DNA of 64,000 nucleotides from assembly GCA_041690135.1 (NCBI GenBank), contig JAWLHY010000002.1, positions 816,342 through 880,341 of the forward strand. Direction: 5' to 3'. The DNA is from Armatimonadota bacterium (GTDB taxonomy: Bacteria > Armatimonadota > SYMT01). Each line of letters opens with the position of its first letter. Position 1 is the first letter of the stretch. The translations under genes and the position numbers were made by a program. The notes below the pieces were generated by a model. That model had not been told where the DNA came from. It saw nothing but the letters and a program-made list of their open reading frames with translations, and searched no databases. Positions 18,499 to 30,186 of this stretch are shown here, one piece after another.

Positions 18499-19510
18499 TC
18501 AGCAGAGACTACCCCCCGATAGCGTGGCGCTGGCGCCCAAGGCCTCGTTCGGCCAGTCACTCAGCAGAGTGCTGGCCCCCCTGGCCGCGCTGTTCGCCAT
18601 CGTGCTCTTCTTCACCTGGACCACGCGCGGCGCGTACCTGCAGACCGGAAGCCTCATCGACATCGGTCGCCAGGCGGCCGTGATCGTCATCGTGGGGATC
18701 GGGCAGACGTTCATCATCATCTCCGGGGGGATCGATCTCTCCGTGGGGGCGGTGGTGGCCTTTGCCGGGACCTCCGCGGCGGTGCTCATGCTCAACGCCG
18801 GGTTCCACCCGTTGGCGGCCGCGCTCATTGGGATCCTGACGGGCGGCCTCATCGGCTGGATCAACGGCCTGCTCACGGTGCGCACGCGGCTGCACCCCTT
18901 CATCATCACCCTCGGCTCGATGATGATCTTCCGCGGACTGGCGCTCTACCTCACCGATGCCCGGAATACCACGCGCCTGCCGGACCTCTTCGCTGGGCTG
19001 GCCAGCGGGGAATTTCCCCTCGGCGGCGGCAAGGTCCTGGTGGTGCCGTTCATCCTGCTCCTGTACATCATCGTGGTCGCGGTGCTGGCCCACATCTTTC
19101 TCACCCGCACCCGCATCGGCCGGTACTGCTTCGCCATCGGAAGCAACGCGGCGAGCTCGCGCCTGTCCGGGATTCCGGTCGACCGCTGCCTGATGCTCTA
19201 CTTCACCCTGGCTGGCCTGCTGTTCGGCATCGCGGGCGTGGTGCAGACCGCGCGCATCCGCATCGGCCAGCCGACCATGGCGGAGGGGATGGAGCTGGAG
19301 GCGATCGCGGCGGCGGTGATCGGGGGGACCAGCCTCCAGGGCGGCCAGGGCTCCATCCTGGGCACGGTCCTCGGAGCCTTCCTGATGGCGGCCCTCCGCC
19401 AGGGGCTGCGCATGAACAACCTGGCCCCCTACTGGCAGACGGTAGCCCTCGGGGCCGCCATCATCATCGCCGTGATCTACGACCGCGCCAGCCGGAGGCG
19501 CATGGCCTGA
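18491..19510 (+). CDS. Sugar ABC transporter permease (RbsC family)
   Basis: GGIDLSVG, PFIITLG, ELEAIAAAVIGGTSL.GG.GSI.GT. Confidence 0.92.
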   Translation: MADQQRLPPDSVALAPKASFGQSLSRVLAPLAALFAIVLFFTWTTRGAYLQTGSLIDIGRQAAVIVIVGIGQTFIIISGGIDLSVGAVVAFAGTSAAVLMLNAGFHPLAAALIGILTGGLIGWINGLLTVRTRLHPFIITLGSMMIFRGLALYLTDARNTTRLPDLFAGLASGEFPLGGGKVLVVPFILLLYIIVVAVLAHIFLTRTRIGRYCFAIGSNAASSRLSGIPVDRCLMLYFTLAGLLFGIAGVVQTARIRIGQPTMAEGMELEAIAAAVIGGTSLQGGQGSILGTVLGAFLMAALRQGLRMNNLAPYWQTVALGAAIIIAVIYDRASRRRMA

Positions 19511-19660
19511 AACCACAGACCCGACATCCGAATGGGTTGGTGCTGGAAGCGGCCGAGGATAAGCCCAGGCGCATGCGTCGGGTGCCTTCGTAGTGGCTGA
19601 TAGAAGGGGCGTGAGAGGTTAGCACCCCGGGTGGTTCAGTTTTCGGCGTGTTCGGGATCG

Positions 19661-19710
19661 GCAGCCCCGGAGGGGCGATAGAAATTAGCCGGGGGTGCAA
19701 GCCCCCGGAA
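19661..19710 (+). repeat. REP-like double hairpin inside the ABC operon gap
   Basis: AGCCCCGGAGGGGCG-ATAGAAATTAG-CCGGGGGTGCAAGCCCCCGG. Confidence 0.55.
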
Positions 19711-19890
19711 TGTGAAACGAGTACTTTTCCAGCCCTGGAAGGGCAGCAGAGGACAGCCTCTGTGACGATCGCGCTGCCCTGGTTCGGCCCGCAGTATGCC
19801 GTGGGTGGCAGATCGAGCATCGTTCGGCAGTGCTTCCGGTAACGGTCCCAAAGCGGGGCTGCCGCCGGGTTTAACAAGCGGAAAGAGACC

Positions 19891-20934
19891 ATGAAACGCA
19901 GACAGTTCTGTTCACTGGCGCTGGTGCTGGGGACGACCGCGTTGACCGGGTGCGTCCAGGACGCGGAGCAGCCTTCCACGGGCGGCGGCTCGTCGGCCTC
20001 CAACTCCCCCTCGGCCAGCCCGGCGGCCATCAAGACCAAAGGCGCGGACGAGCGCCTCAAGATCGCCGTGGTGCCGAAAGGGACCACCCACGAGTTCTGG
20101 CAGACCATCAAGGCGGGCGCCGACGCGGCCGGCCAGGAGTTCAACTGCGAGATCCTGTGGAACGGCCCCAAGCGCGAGACGGACATTCAGGACCAGATCG
20201 ACATCATCCGCGGCTACGCCAGCCAGGGGGTGGATGGCGTGGCCCTGGCCGCCACCGATAAAACGGCGCTGGTCGATACCGTCAAGGAGCTCCAGTCCAA
20301 GGGCATCGCGGTGGTGACCATCGACTCGGGGATCGATCAGGAGATCTCCAGCTCGTTCATCGCCACCGACAACGTCGCGGCGGCGCGGCAGGCCGCGGAC
20401 GAACTCGCGCGCATCATTGGCAAGAAGGGCAAAGTCGCCGTCCTATCGTTCCTCAAGGGTGCGGCCACGTCCGACGAGCGCGAGCAGGGCTTCAAGGAAG
20501 GGATCGCGGCCTTCTCGGATATTGAAGTGGTGACGGTAGAGTACACCGACAGCGACTCCGCCAAGGCCCAGGACAAGATGGAGACCATCCTGACCCAGCA
20601 CCCGGACCTGGCGGGCGTATTCGCCTCCAATGAACCGAACGTGGTCGGTGCCGCCAGCGCCCTGCAGTCCCGCAAGCTCGCCGGGAAGGTCAAGCTCATC
20701 GGCTTCGACGCCAGCCAAGCCGAGATCAAGGCCATGGAGCAGGGCGAGTGCCAGGGCGTCGTGGTTCAGGACCCGTTCAAGATGGGCTACGAAGGCGTGA
20801 AAGCTCTCGCCCAGCTTCTGCGCGGCCAGGGCACCCCCGAGCGCCGCATCGACACCGGCGCGAAGGTCGTCACCCCGGAAAACATGAAGAGCGCCGAAAT
20901 GGAAAAGCTTCTCTACCCCCTGGGCAAGAAGTAG
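19891..20934 (+). CDS. Sugar ABC transporter substrate-binding lipoprotein (RbsB family)
   Basis: LTGC lipobox; IAVVPKG..HEFW, TIDS, IATDN, GFD, QDPFKMGY. Confidence 0.92.
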   Translation: MKRRQFCSLALVLGTTALTGCVQDAEQPSTGGGSSASNSPSASPAAIKTKGADERLKIAVVPKGTTHEFWQTIKAGADAAGQEFNCEILWNGPKRETDIQDQIDIIRGYASQGVDGVALAATDKTALVDTVKELQSKGIAVVTIDSGIDQEISSSFIATDNVAAARQAADELARIIGKKGKVAVLSFLKGAATSDEREQGFKEGIAAFSDIEVVTVEYTDSDSAKAQDKMETILTQHPDLAGVFASNEPNVVGAASALQSRKLAGKVKLIGFDASQAEIKAMEQGECQGVVVQDPFKMGYEGVKALAQLLRGQGTPERRIDTGAKVVTPENMKSAEMEKLLYPLGKK

Positions 20935-20981
20935 GCGGCTTCACCTTCTAGTTGACCCACCGCTGCATTGTTCTCCAACCG

Positions 20982-21026
20982 ATAGCCCCCTTCTCTGCGT
21001 CGGAGAAGGGGGTTGGGGGATGAGGT
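20982..21026 (+). repeat. REP-like hairpin / possible terminator
   Basis: CCCCCTTCTC-TGCGTCG-GAGAAGGGGG followed by TTGGGGGATGAGG. Confidence 0.55.
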
Positions 21027-21128
21027 TACCCTGGTCAACGCACCCATCGTGTCCCAAACTGATCCCGCCCCGCCAACCCGTACCGCCACTGGAATCCGGG
21101 GTCCCAACCCTTAGTCCCCGAGGGGGAC

Positions 21129-21240
21129 TTCCACCTTCAACTTTCCACCTTCAACCCAGACCCACGATCCCGCCAAACCGTACTCTCTCGAGGAACCTGG
21201 GGTTCCAACCTTCAACCTTCAACTTTCAACTTTCAACCCT
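21129..21240 (+). repeat. Heptamer tandem repeats (TTCAACY)
   Basis: TTCCACC TTCAACT TTCCACC TTCAACC, and TCCAACC TTCAACC TTCAACT TTCAACT TTCAACC. Confidence 0.75.
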
Positions 21241-21320
21241 CAGCCTGCAGAGTCCGGAGCCTCCCTCCATAATCTCCATGATCCGTCGATAGGTTACAGG
21301 TAGCACGCTCATGGCCGAGC

Positions 21321-22496
21321 GTGGTTTGTCTGGAGTGTGTCGTGTCTACGCTGCCCCTCGCCCAGGTCGTACCCAACCCGAACCAGCCCCGCAAGTACTT
21401 TGACGAAGACGCCCTTCAGGAGCTCGCTGCCTCGATCCGGGAGCGCGGCGTCCTGGAGCCGATCATCGTGCGCCCCAAGGAGGGGCAGTACGAGATTGTG
21501 GCCGGGGAGCGGCGCTACCGGGCAAGCCTGATCGCCGGCATGGACACCATTCCCGTCGTGGTGCGGGAGATGTCCGATGAAGAAGCGATGGCCGATTCCC
21601 TGCTGGAGAACTTCCAGCGGGAAGACCTCACGGTCATGGAGCGAGCGGAGGCGATCAAGAACCTCCTCACCTACATGACGCAGGAAGATGCGGCCCGGCG
21701 CCTGGGCTGCAGCACCAGCACCCTGCGTCGCTACCTCGACCTCCTCGACCTCCCTCCCATCGTCCAGGCGGAGCTTTCGCTGCCGCCGGCCAAGCAGATG
21801 CAGAACGTGGTGACGGAAGGCCACGCCCGCACGCTCCGCTCGCTGAACCACGACTACGGCACGCAGGTCCGCGTCCTCGAGAAGATCAAGAAAGACAACC
21901 TCTCCGTCGACGAAACGGAGCGTCTGCTCGAAGCAATCCAGAAGGCGCCCGAACGCAAGGAAGCCTTCTTGAGGATCTCGCTCGAAGCCACGGAGGAGAT
22001 CCTCAAGCGGACCGGGGTCAAGCTCGAGCGCCGCAAGAACTTCAAGCGCAAGACCGCCGCCGAGTTCCTGACCGCCTACCAGAAGCAGGTGACTGCGCTC
22101 ACGCATCTCCTCGACGACGAGGTGACGAAGTACCTCGACTTTGAGCAGATGAACCAGCTCCTCTCCGCCAGCGTGCAACTCTGGGAAGACCTCGACAGCT
22201 TCATCCGCGTCGTGCGGCAGGACCTGATCTCCCAGGACTACGGGTTTGCGGAAACCTACGTGCTGTGCGGCCTCTGCGGGCGCCGCGAGCTGGTCGGCAG
22301 CGGGGTCTGCAGCGTCTGCGGCAGTGTCCTGAAGCGGTGCATCGACTGCGGGCACTACGACACCAATTACCAGCAGTGCAGCTTCCACGGGTACTACGTC
22401 TACGGAAGCGAAGCCGAGATGCCCACGGAAGATAGCCACAGCTTCAACTGCGAGCAGTTCAAACCGCGTGTCGATATCCGGCCCCGCCTCATGTGA
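21321..22496 (+). CDS. ParB/Spo0J family protein with C-terminal Cys-rich Zn ribbon
   Basis: PNPNQPRK.F, LEPIIVR, GERRYRA, ENFQREDL, HTH (TQEDAARRLGCS), GHAR.L; tail CGLC..CSVC..CIDC...C...C. Start may be GTG 21342-region. Confidence 0.85.
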   Translation: MVCLECVVSTLPLAQVVPNPNQPRKYFDEDALQELAASIRERGVLEPIIVRPKEGQYEIVAGERRYRASLIAGMDTIPVVVREMSDEEAMADSLLENFQREDLTVMERAEAIKNLLTYMTQEDAARRLGCSTSTLRRYLDLLDLPPIVQAELSLPPAKQMQNVVTEGHARTLRSLNHDYGTQVRVLEKIKKDNLSVDETERLLEAIQKAPERKEAFLRISLEATEEILKRTGVKLERRKNFKRKTAAEFLTAYQKQVTALTHLLDDEVTKYLDFEQMNQLLSASVQLWEDLDSFIRVVRQDLISQDYGFAETYVLCGLCGRRELVGSGVCSVCGSVLKRCIDCGHYDTNYQQCSFHGYYVYGSEAEMPTEDSHSFNCEQFKPRVDIRPRLM

Positions 22497-23467
22497 GACA
22501 CTCGCGCCTCTGCACGCTGGCTCCGCCGATCGATCCGGACGCACCCCTGCGCCCGGACGTCGCTTTGCTGCTGCCTCTCCCCCCTTCCGAACCACTCGAC
22601 CTGGAAGCCACGTTCCGGTGCGGGCAGGTCTTCCGCTGGCGCCAGGAAGGGGACACCTGGTACGGTCCCTACGGCGCCGGTTCGCTGGCCGTGCGCCGCA
22701 CGCCGGAGGGAGTGGCCGTCCGCGCTCTCGGCCCTCCGGTGACGGCCGGAGAAGCCTGGCGGTTCCTGGGCCTCCACCGTTCACTGGTCGAAATCTACGA
22801 CCGCCTCGCCGCCGACCGCTGGGTCACCGCTGCGATCCAGGCCTACCCGGGCCTCCGGATCCTGCGTCAGGACCCCTGGGAGTGCCTGCTCTGCTACCTC
22901 TGCTCCCAGAACAGCAACATCCCCAAGATCGAGTACTCCACGGAACGCCTCGCGCGAGGTTGGGGGACGGTCCACCGCTGGCCCGAGGGAGTGGAAGTCG
23001 CCGCGCTTCCGGGGCCGCTCCCGCTGGCGGAGATACCCCTGGATGAACTCCGGACCACCGGCCTGGGCTACCGCTGCCGCTACCTCCTGGCCACGGCGCG
23101 GCGCGTAGAGGAAGAGGGGTTCGATGTCGCCGCCCTGCGCGGTTGCGACTACCCCGGGGCGCTGGAAGCACTGCTCACCCTGCCGGGAGTGGGGCGCAAA
23201 GTGGCGGACTGTATCCTCCTCTTCTCCCTCGACCAGGAGCAGGCCATCCCCGTGGACGTGTGGGTCCGCCGCGTCATCCACGAGCTCTACCCGCGCCGGC
23301 TTTCCGAATATCTCCCGGATGCCCGTGAGCGGATCGAGAAAGCCCTCACGCCCCGCGAATACGACAGCATCGTCCGGTTCGCCCACCACCGCTGGGGCCG
23401 CCTCTCCGGCTACGCCCAGCAGTACCTCTTCCACGCCCGCCGCACCCACCGTCTCCTGCCGCCGTAG
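22493..23467 (+). CDS. 8-oxoguanine DNA glycosylase (Ogg1-type HhH-GPD)
   Basis: TFRCGQVFRW, GLRILRQDPWECL, SQNSNIPKI, GLGYR, LPGVGRKVADC, PVDVW, GYAQQYLF. Confidence 0.92.
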   Translation: MRHSRLCTLAPPIDPDAPLRPDVALLLPLPPSEPLDLEATFRCGQVFRWRQEGDTWYGPYGAGSLAVRRTPEGVAVRALGPPVTAGEAWRFLGLHRSLVEIYDRLAADRWVTAAIQAYPGLRILRQDPWECLLCYLCSQNSNIPKIEYSTERLARGWGTVHRWPEGVEVAALPGPLPLAEIPLDELRTTGLGYRCRYLLATARRVEEEGFDVAALRGCDYPGALEALLTLPGVGRKVADCILLFSLDQEQAIPVDVWVRRVIHELYPRRLSEYLPDARERIEKALTPREYDSIVRFAHHRWGRLSGYAQQYLFHARRTHRLLPP

Positions 23468-23630
23468 CCTCCTGCCGCCGCGGCCGCCCTCCGCCCTCCG
23501 CCTCGCCCTCCTCGTGATCGTAACCGTGCTGCGGAATGTGAGGGAGGAGGTTCCACCGGTGATAGGCCGAATATGGGTTTGATCTATAGGTAGGGTTGAT
23601 CGCCGCGTGTGGTGGATGGAGAGCACTCGT

Positions 23631-24834
23631 GATGGAGAGACCGGATGGCCTCGACTTTCTGTTGGACCTCCCTCTCTGGGATCTTGACGGCAGGATTGCT
23701 CGTGTTCAAGAGTATCTCGTCGAGCACCCCCATTGCGCGTTAGCCTGGGGCATCCTCGGGAACACTTACCTCCGGAAGCTCGGCAAGAGAGCAGAAGCGA
23801 AAGCGGCGTTCGAGCGCGCGATGGTGGAAGATCCCCACGATTTCGGATGGAGAATGGGTTGGGTTCAAAGCCTGGACTTTAGCCAGATGCAGTCCGAGGA
23901 TACCTGGAACACTCTGATGCCGGTTCCTAACCTGCCGTCGGTGGTCTTCGAGGTCCTGGAGTGTGTTTACCCGAGTTCCGCTCCTGGTTTGGTTCCTGGT
24001 GAGGGTGCACTCAAGTTAGCCCGGGACAATTTTCTTCTGCATCCTTCCAATCCAGAGTCAGGTTTGCAGTACGCGAAATTACTCTTAAGGCGACGGCGTC
24101 TGGAGGAAGCGGCTGATATCGTCGAGCGGGTCCTCCCTGACATCCCGGATAGCTGCGAGTTTGGGAGGGATTGGCTTCTTCACTGCCCTATGACGGCCAT
24201 TCTGACCCAAGAACAGCATGAGAATGCGGGCCGCATCCTCATGCGGGCGAATCGGCTATCAGCGGCAGCATCGGAGTTCCGGCACGCGCTGAAGCTTGCC
24301 AGATTCCTCGACTATCAGCCGAGTTGGTTGGAAACCTGGGCGATCAAGACGTTTGTCGAGATCGGGGAGATCGACGAGGCGATCGCGCTTTGCGACGAGG
24401 TTATCGCCATACCGGTGGTGGGGCTGGATCACCGGTTCGTCCAGCGTAAGCTGGAGGTGCTGCGAGAAGCCGGCAGAACGGATGAATATGTGCGTGCGTA
24501 TCGCTCCGCTCTTGAAGAACAGGACAACGAAGAGGTCTGGATGTTTGTTGGAGCGGTCTCAAGCTATCTACGCGAGCAGCAACGGTGGAGTGAGGCCAGG
24601 AGCTTTCTGGAGTTGTGGTTGGCCAATCGCCCCCGGTTTTGTCCTCCTGACTATTACCCTCCACTGGTGGAAGAGGTTCAGCCGGAGGTGTACCTGGAGC
24701 TGGGGAGGGTGAAGCAGGCGTTGGGCGACCTGGAGGGGGCTCGCGAAGCGTGGCATGTCGTACTCGAATCGAGTGATGCAGAAGTAGCGGCGCAGGCCAG
24801 GGCTGCTCTAGAAGTAGCATCAGACGGCGGTTAA
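23631..24834 (+). CDS. TPR repeat protein
   Basis: AWGILGN.Y....AEAKAAFERA..EDP; VYLELG......GDLEGAREAW; more A/T-ending codons than neighbours. Start uncertain (23596-23631). Confidence 0.7.
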
Positions 24835-25589
24835 ATGAGCCTCTGAGAACATTAGAGGGGCTCGTGCTCGCACACAGCTTCCGTACCGGCCGCATATCGG
24901 AGCAGCAGGGGGACGGGTCTCGGACAGGTGCCCGTCAAATGTTTGACGATTGTGGTGTGGTGTCCGCTTGGAAGGATGAAGGCGCAAGCCATACGGCCAT
25001 AGAGGCTGAAGGTCAAGAGGGGATCTCCTTCCTCGTGCTTTCGTCCTATCGTGCTTCCGTGTTCCCTGGGCGGCCCCTTTCTCTGCGTCTTGCGCTCTCC
25101 TACGGGCCTGAACGGCTTTCCCGATTTCGTCCTCCTACGAAGGTGAGCGGATTCCCGCGTTCTTCGCTCCCCGCCGGGTGTGTAGACATTTCGCGTTTTT
25201 CGCGTTCTCTCCGGTTGGTTGCCTCTCATGGTGAGCAGGACTGTTCCGGGGCTGATCACCGGGGACGCAGGCGACCTTCAGAAGGATGAAGGATGAGGGG
25301 TGAAGGCGGAAACCCTACGGCCGTAGCGGATCAAGGATGAAGGGGAGGTCTCCTGGAGCGGGAGTGCGCAAGGTTGACTGAAGTGTCCAGGAGGGCGGCC
25401 GGCGAGGAGTCGGAACGGCAGTTGGGGCCGAGATATTTCTCGGACTCCGCGGCATGGTTCAGGATTGTATCCGAGTTGGCGTGTACGGCATCGTTGGCCT
25501 GGGCCCGGTTCTCCGTACAGTCCCAGGTGGGAACGGGGTGAGAGGGCAGGGTAACAAGTACGAGTTTGCGCTGGGGTCATCGGGTGCGG

Positions 25590-25618
25590 GCCAGGGCAAG
25601 CAGGGCCACTGCCCCTAC
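25590..25618 (-). repeat. GTAG-type REP-like palindrome
   Basis: Minus strand reads GTAGGGGCAGTGGCCCTGCTTGCCCTGG. Confidence 0.45.
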
Positions 25619-25857
25619 ATTTCGGTTCACCAGGGCGGGCCGGGAAACGCGGGGCGTCTGCACTCGCCGCTCCTCATCTCAATCGTAGTCATCACCCCAA
25701 TCCCTCCCAGGTACCCTCCTCATCCTAATCTGCCCGTAGGCCTCTCCTTGTCCTTATCTTCATCATCCTTATCCTTATCTTCATCGATCCGGGGTATATT
25801 GACCACGAGCCCCTTCCAGGACCACTGGTCTGGGTTGTGCCTCATCGGTTACACTTC

Positions 25858-25878
25858 CTTGAGTCCATGCTAATAATG
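25858..25878 (+). promoter_or_regulatory. Possible HspR HAIR-like operator
   Basis: CTTGAGT-N7-AATAATG versus HAIR CTTGAGT-N7-ACTCAAG; first half perfect, second half 4/7; 20 bp before hsp20. Confidence 0.35.
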
Positions 25879-25898
25879 GTCGAGGAGACCGCGACGGA

Positions 25899-26354
25899 AT
25901 GAACCGCTTCTACGAAGACTTGATTCGCCAGATGGAGCAGGAGTTCGAACGCTCCGACGAGGTGCTGCGGCGGGTGCTGCACGCCTTTACCACTCCCGAA
26001 CGGTTCTGGGAGCCGCGAGCCGACGTCTATGAGACGCGGGAGGCCGTAAAGGTGAAGGTGGAGCTGGCGGGCGTCCGCCCGGAAACCATCCAGGTGGAGT
26101 TGTCCGGCGATGCGCGGACCCTGAGTATCCGCGGCGTCCGGGAGGATGAGCGCACCGAGGCCGTGGACCGCATCCTGTTCCACCAAATGGAGATTTACCT
26201 GGGCCCGTTCGAACGGGTATTGCCGATGCCGCCGGGCGCGGAAGTGGAACGGGATCAGGTGGCCGCGACGTACCGGGATGGCTATCTGCTCATCACCCTC
26301 CCGAAGCGCACGCGAGCGTCCCAGCAAATGACCCAGATCCAGGTTTCCGGTTAA
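25899..26354 (+). CDS. Hsp20/alpha-crystallin small heat shock protein
   Basis: W.PRADVYET, ELAGV, L.IRG.R, E..GPFER...P, ATYRDG.L.ITLPK; GAGGAG RBS. Confidence 0.92.
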   Translation: MNRFYEDLIRQMEQEFERSDEVLRRVLHAFTTPERFWEPRADVYETREAVKVKVELAGVRPETIQVELSGDARTLSIRGVREDERTEAVDRILFHQMEIYLGPFERVLPMPPGAEVERDQVAATYRDGYLLITLPKRTRASQQMTQIQVSG

Positions 26355-26495
26355 GCGGAGCCCGGGACTAACCTCGCACGAGATGGGTAAAGGCAAGTCG
26401 TTCCTGCACGGAACCGACGGCCGGCCCAAACCGGGATCTCCGGGGCCCGCCACGCTGTAATGGCGCAGCGTCCCTAGAAACGGCGTGATGGTGTT

Positions 26496-29186
<2,691 letters not shown>

Positions 29187-29289
29187 TGCGTGATGCGTAA
29201 GGCGTAAGACCTCCGTCCACGGTGGTTGCGGAGGCGGGCGGTTATGCCTCGCACAGGCGGGGGATGCGTATTGCGAGATGCGTGGTGGG

Positions 29290-29329
29290 GAAGGCCTGGA
29301 CTATGCCTGATCGGCCAGTCCAGGCCTTC
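29290..29329 (+). terminator. Hairpin downstream of lon
   Basis: GAAGGCCTGGACT / AGTCCAGGCCTTC 13-bp stem followed by TTCCATTT. Confidence 0.45.
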
Positions 29330-30021
29330 TTCCATTTGTCCCGACCCAAATGCCTGACCGCCTGCCGCGAAAACAGGCACCTACCGATCAAGATCCCCTT
29401 GCGGCCCCGCCCCCGGTTCCCGTTCTGCCAATCCAGTGCCTATCCTGGCCCCCAGTGTGGACTCGCCGATTGCATCGGCGTTTCGTGAGCATGCCCCGGC
29501 CTCCCATCCTGCCAACCCAGCGCCCGTCCGAAACCCACCCCGATGCACCTACCCTGCCCTGAAAGAGCCACCCAACAGTGGGCTATGCCATCCCGAGCGG
29601 AGGCCCGCGGGCGTGCTTGCGCAGGGCCGGGCACCCGGGTACCTACGGAGGGGGTGTGGTGGCGTTTACGGGTGTGGGTGGGGCGCCGGTACGAAACATC
29701 TCCTGGCGACCTTGACCTCGGAGCCCGTATTGACGGCCGGGAAACGCTCCAGGCAGCGTGCTGGAACCAGGGTAAGATCCCTCGCACGTGAGCCGTGTCC
29801 ACGTGACCGAACAGGTGCGGCGCGAGATGACGGGGTACTCCACGGCTGGATCGGCTGCCGGCATCGGCTGCAGTTGCACTGCAGCCGGAACGCTTCATGC
29901 GCAGTTGCACTGCGCCGCACCCGAATTGAGACCAGCACTGGCGATCCGGGTAATCCACGACGACAGCGAGACCACAGGTTTCCGCAGTGCAACTGCCCGC
30001 GATCGAATTTCCCAACAGCAT

Positions 30022-30090
30022 CCCGAATGCCCAACGCCCAACGCCCGAATGCCTGAATGCCCGAACACCCGAACACCCGAACACCCAACC
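30022..30090 (+). repeat. 7/8-mer tandem repeats (CCCGAAYR / CCCAACG)
   Basis: CCCGAATG CCCAACG CCCAACG CCCGAATG CCTGAATG CCCGAACA CCCGAACA CCCGAACA. Confidence 0.75.
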
Positions 30091-30108
30091 ACCCCCTATC
30101 ATTTCCAC

Positions 30109-30162
30109 TTGATACGCACACAAGCGTTTGATATACTCTCCGTGAGTGGCAAACAGCCGTTC
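30109..30162 (+). promoter_or_regulatory. Sigma70-type promoter with LexA-box-like site
   Basis: TTGATA (30109-14), 17 bp, TATACT (30132-37); AAAC-AGCC-GTTC (30151-62) matches GAAC-N4-GTTY on the minus strand. Confidence 0.55.
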
Positions 30163-30186
30163 TCGTGTAGAAACAGGAATGGGATC

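Noticed and set aside
25849-25874. CIRCE element before hsp20
   Set aside because: Only TGCTAA matches; spacing and the left arm do not fit TTAGCACTC-N9-GAGTGCTAA.
24850-25880. Short ORFs or an RNA gene in the 1-kb gap before hsp20
   Set aside because: No protein motifs and no tRNA, tmRNA, RNase P or SRP signatures seen; the content is explained by short repeats and REP-like hairpins.
26384-26450. c-di-GMP-I riboswitch upstream of lon
   Set aside because: GGCAA plus a stem-loop is present, but the GNRA loop and the GACGCAAAGC/GGTCTAA elements are missing.
29788-30186. N-terminal extension of the Rad52-like ORF
   Set aside because: It runs through palindromes, tandem repeats and the predicted promoter; homology begins near ATG 30187/30199.
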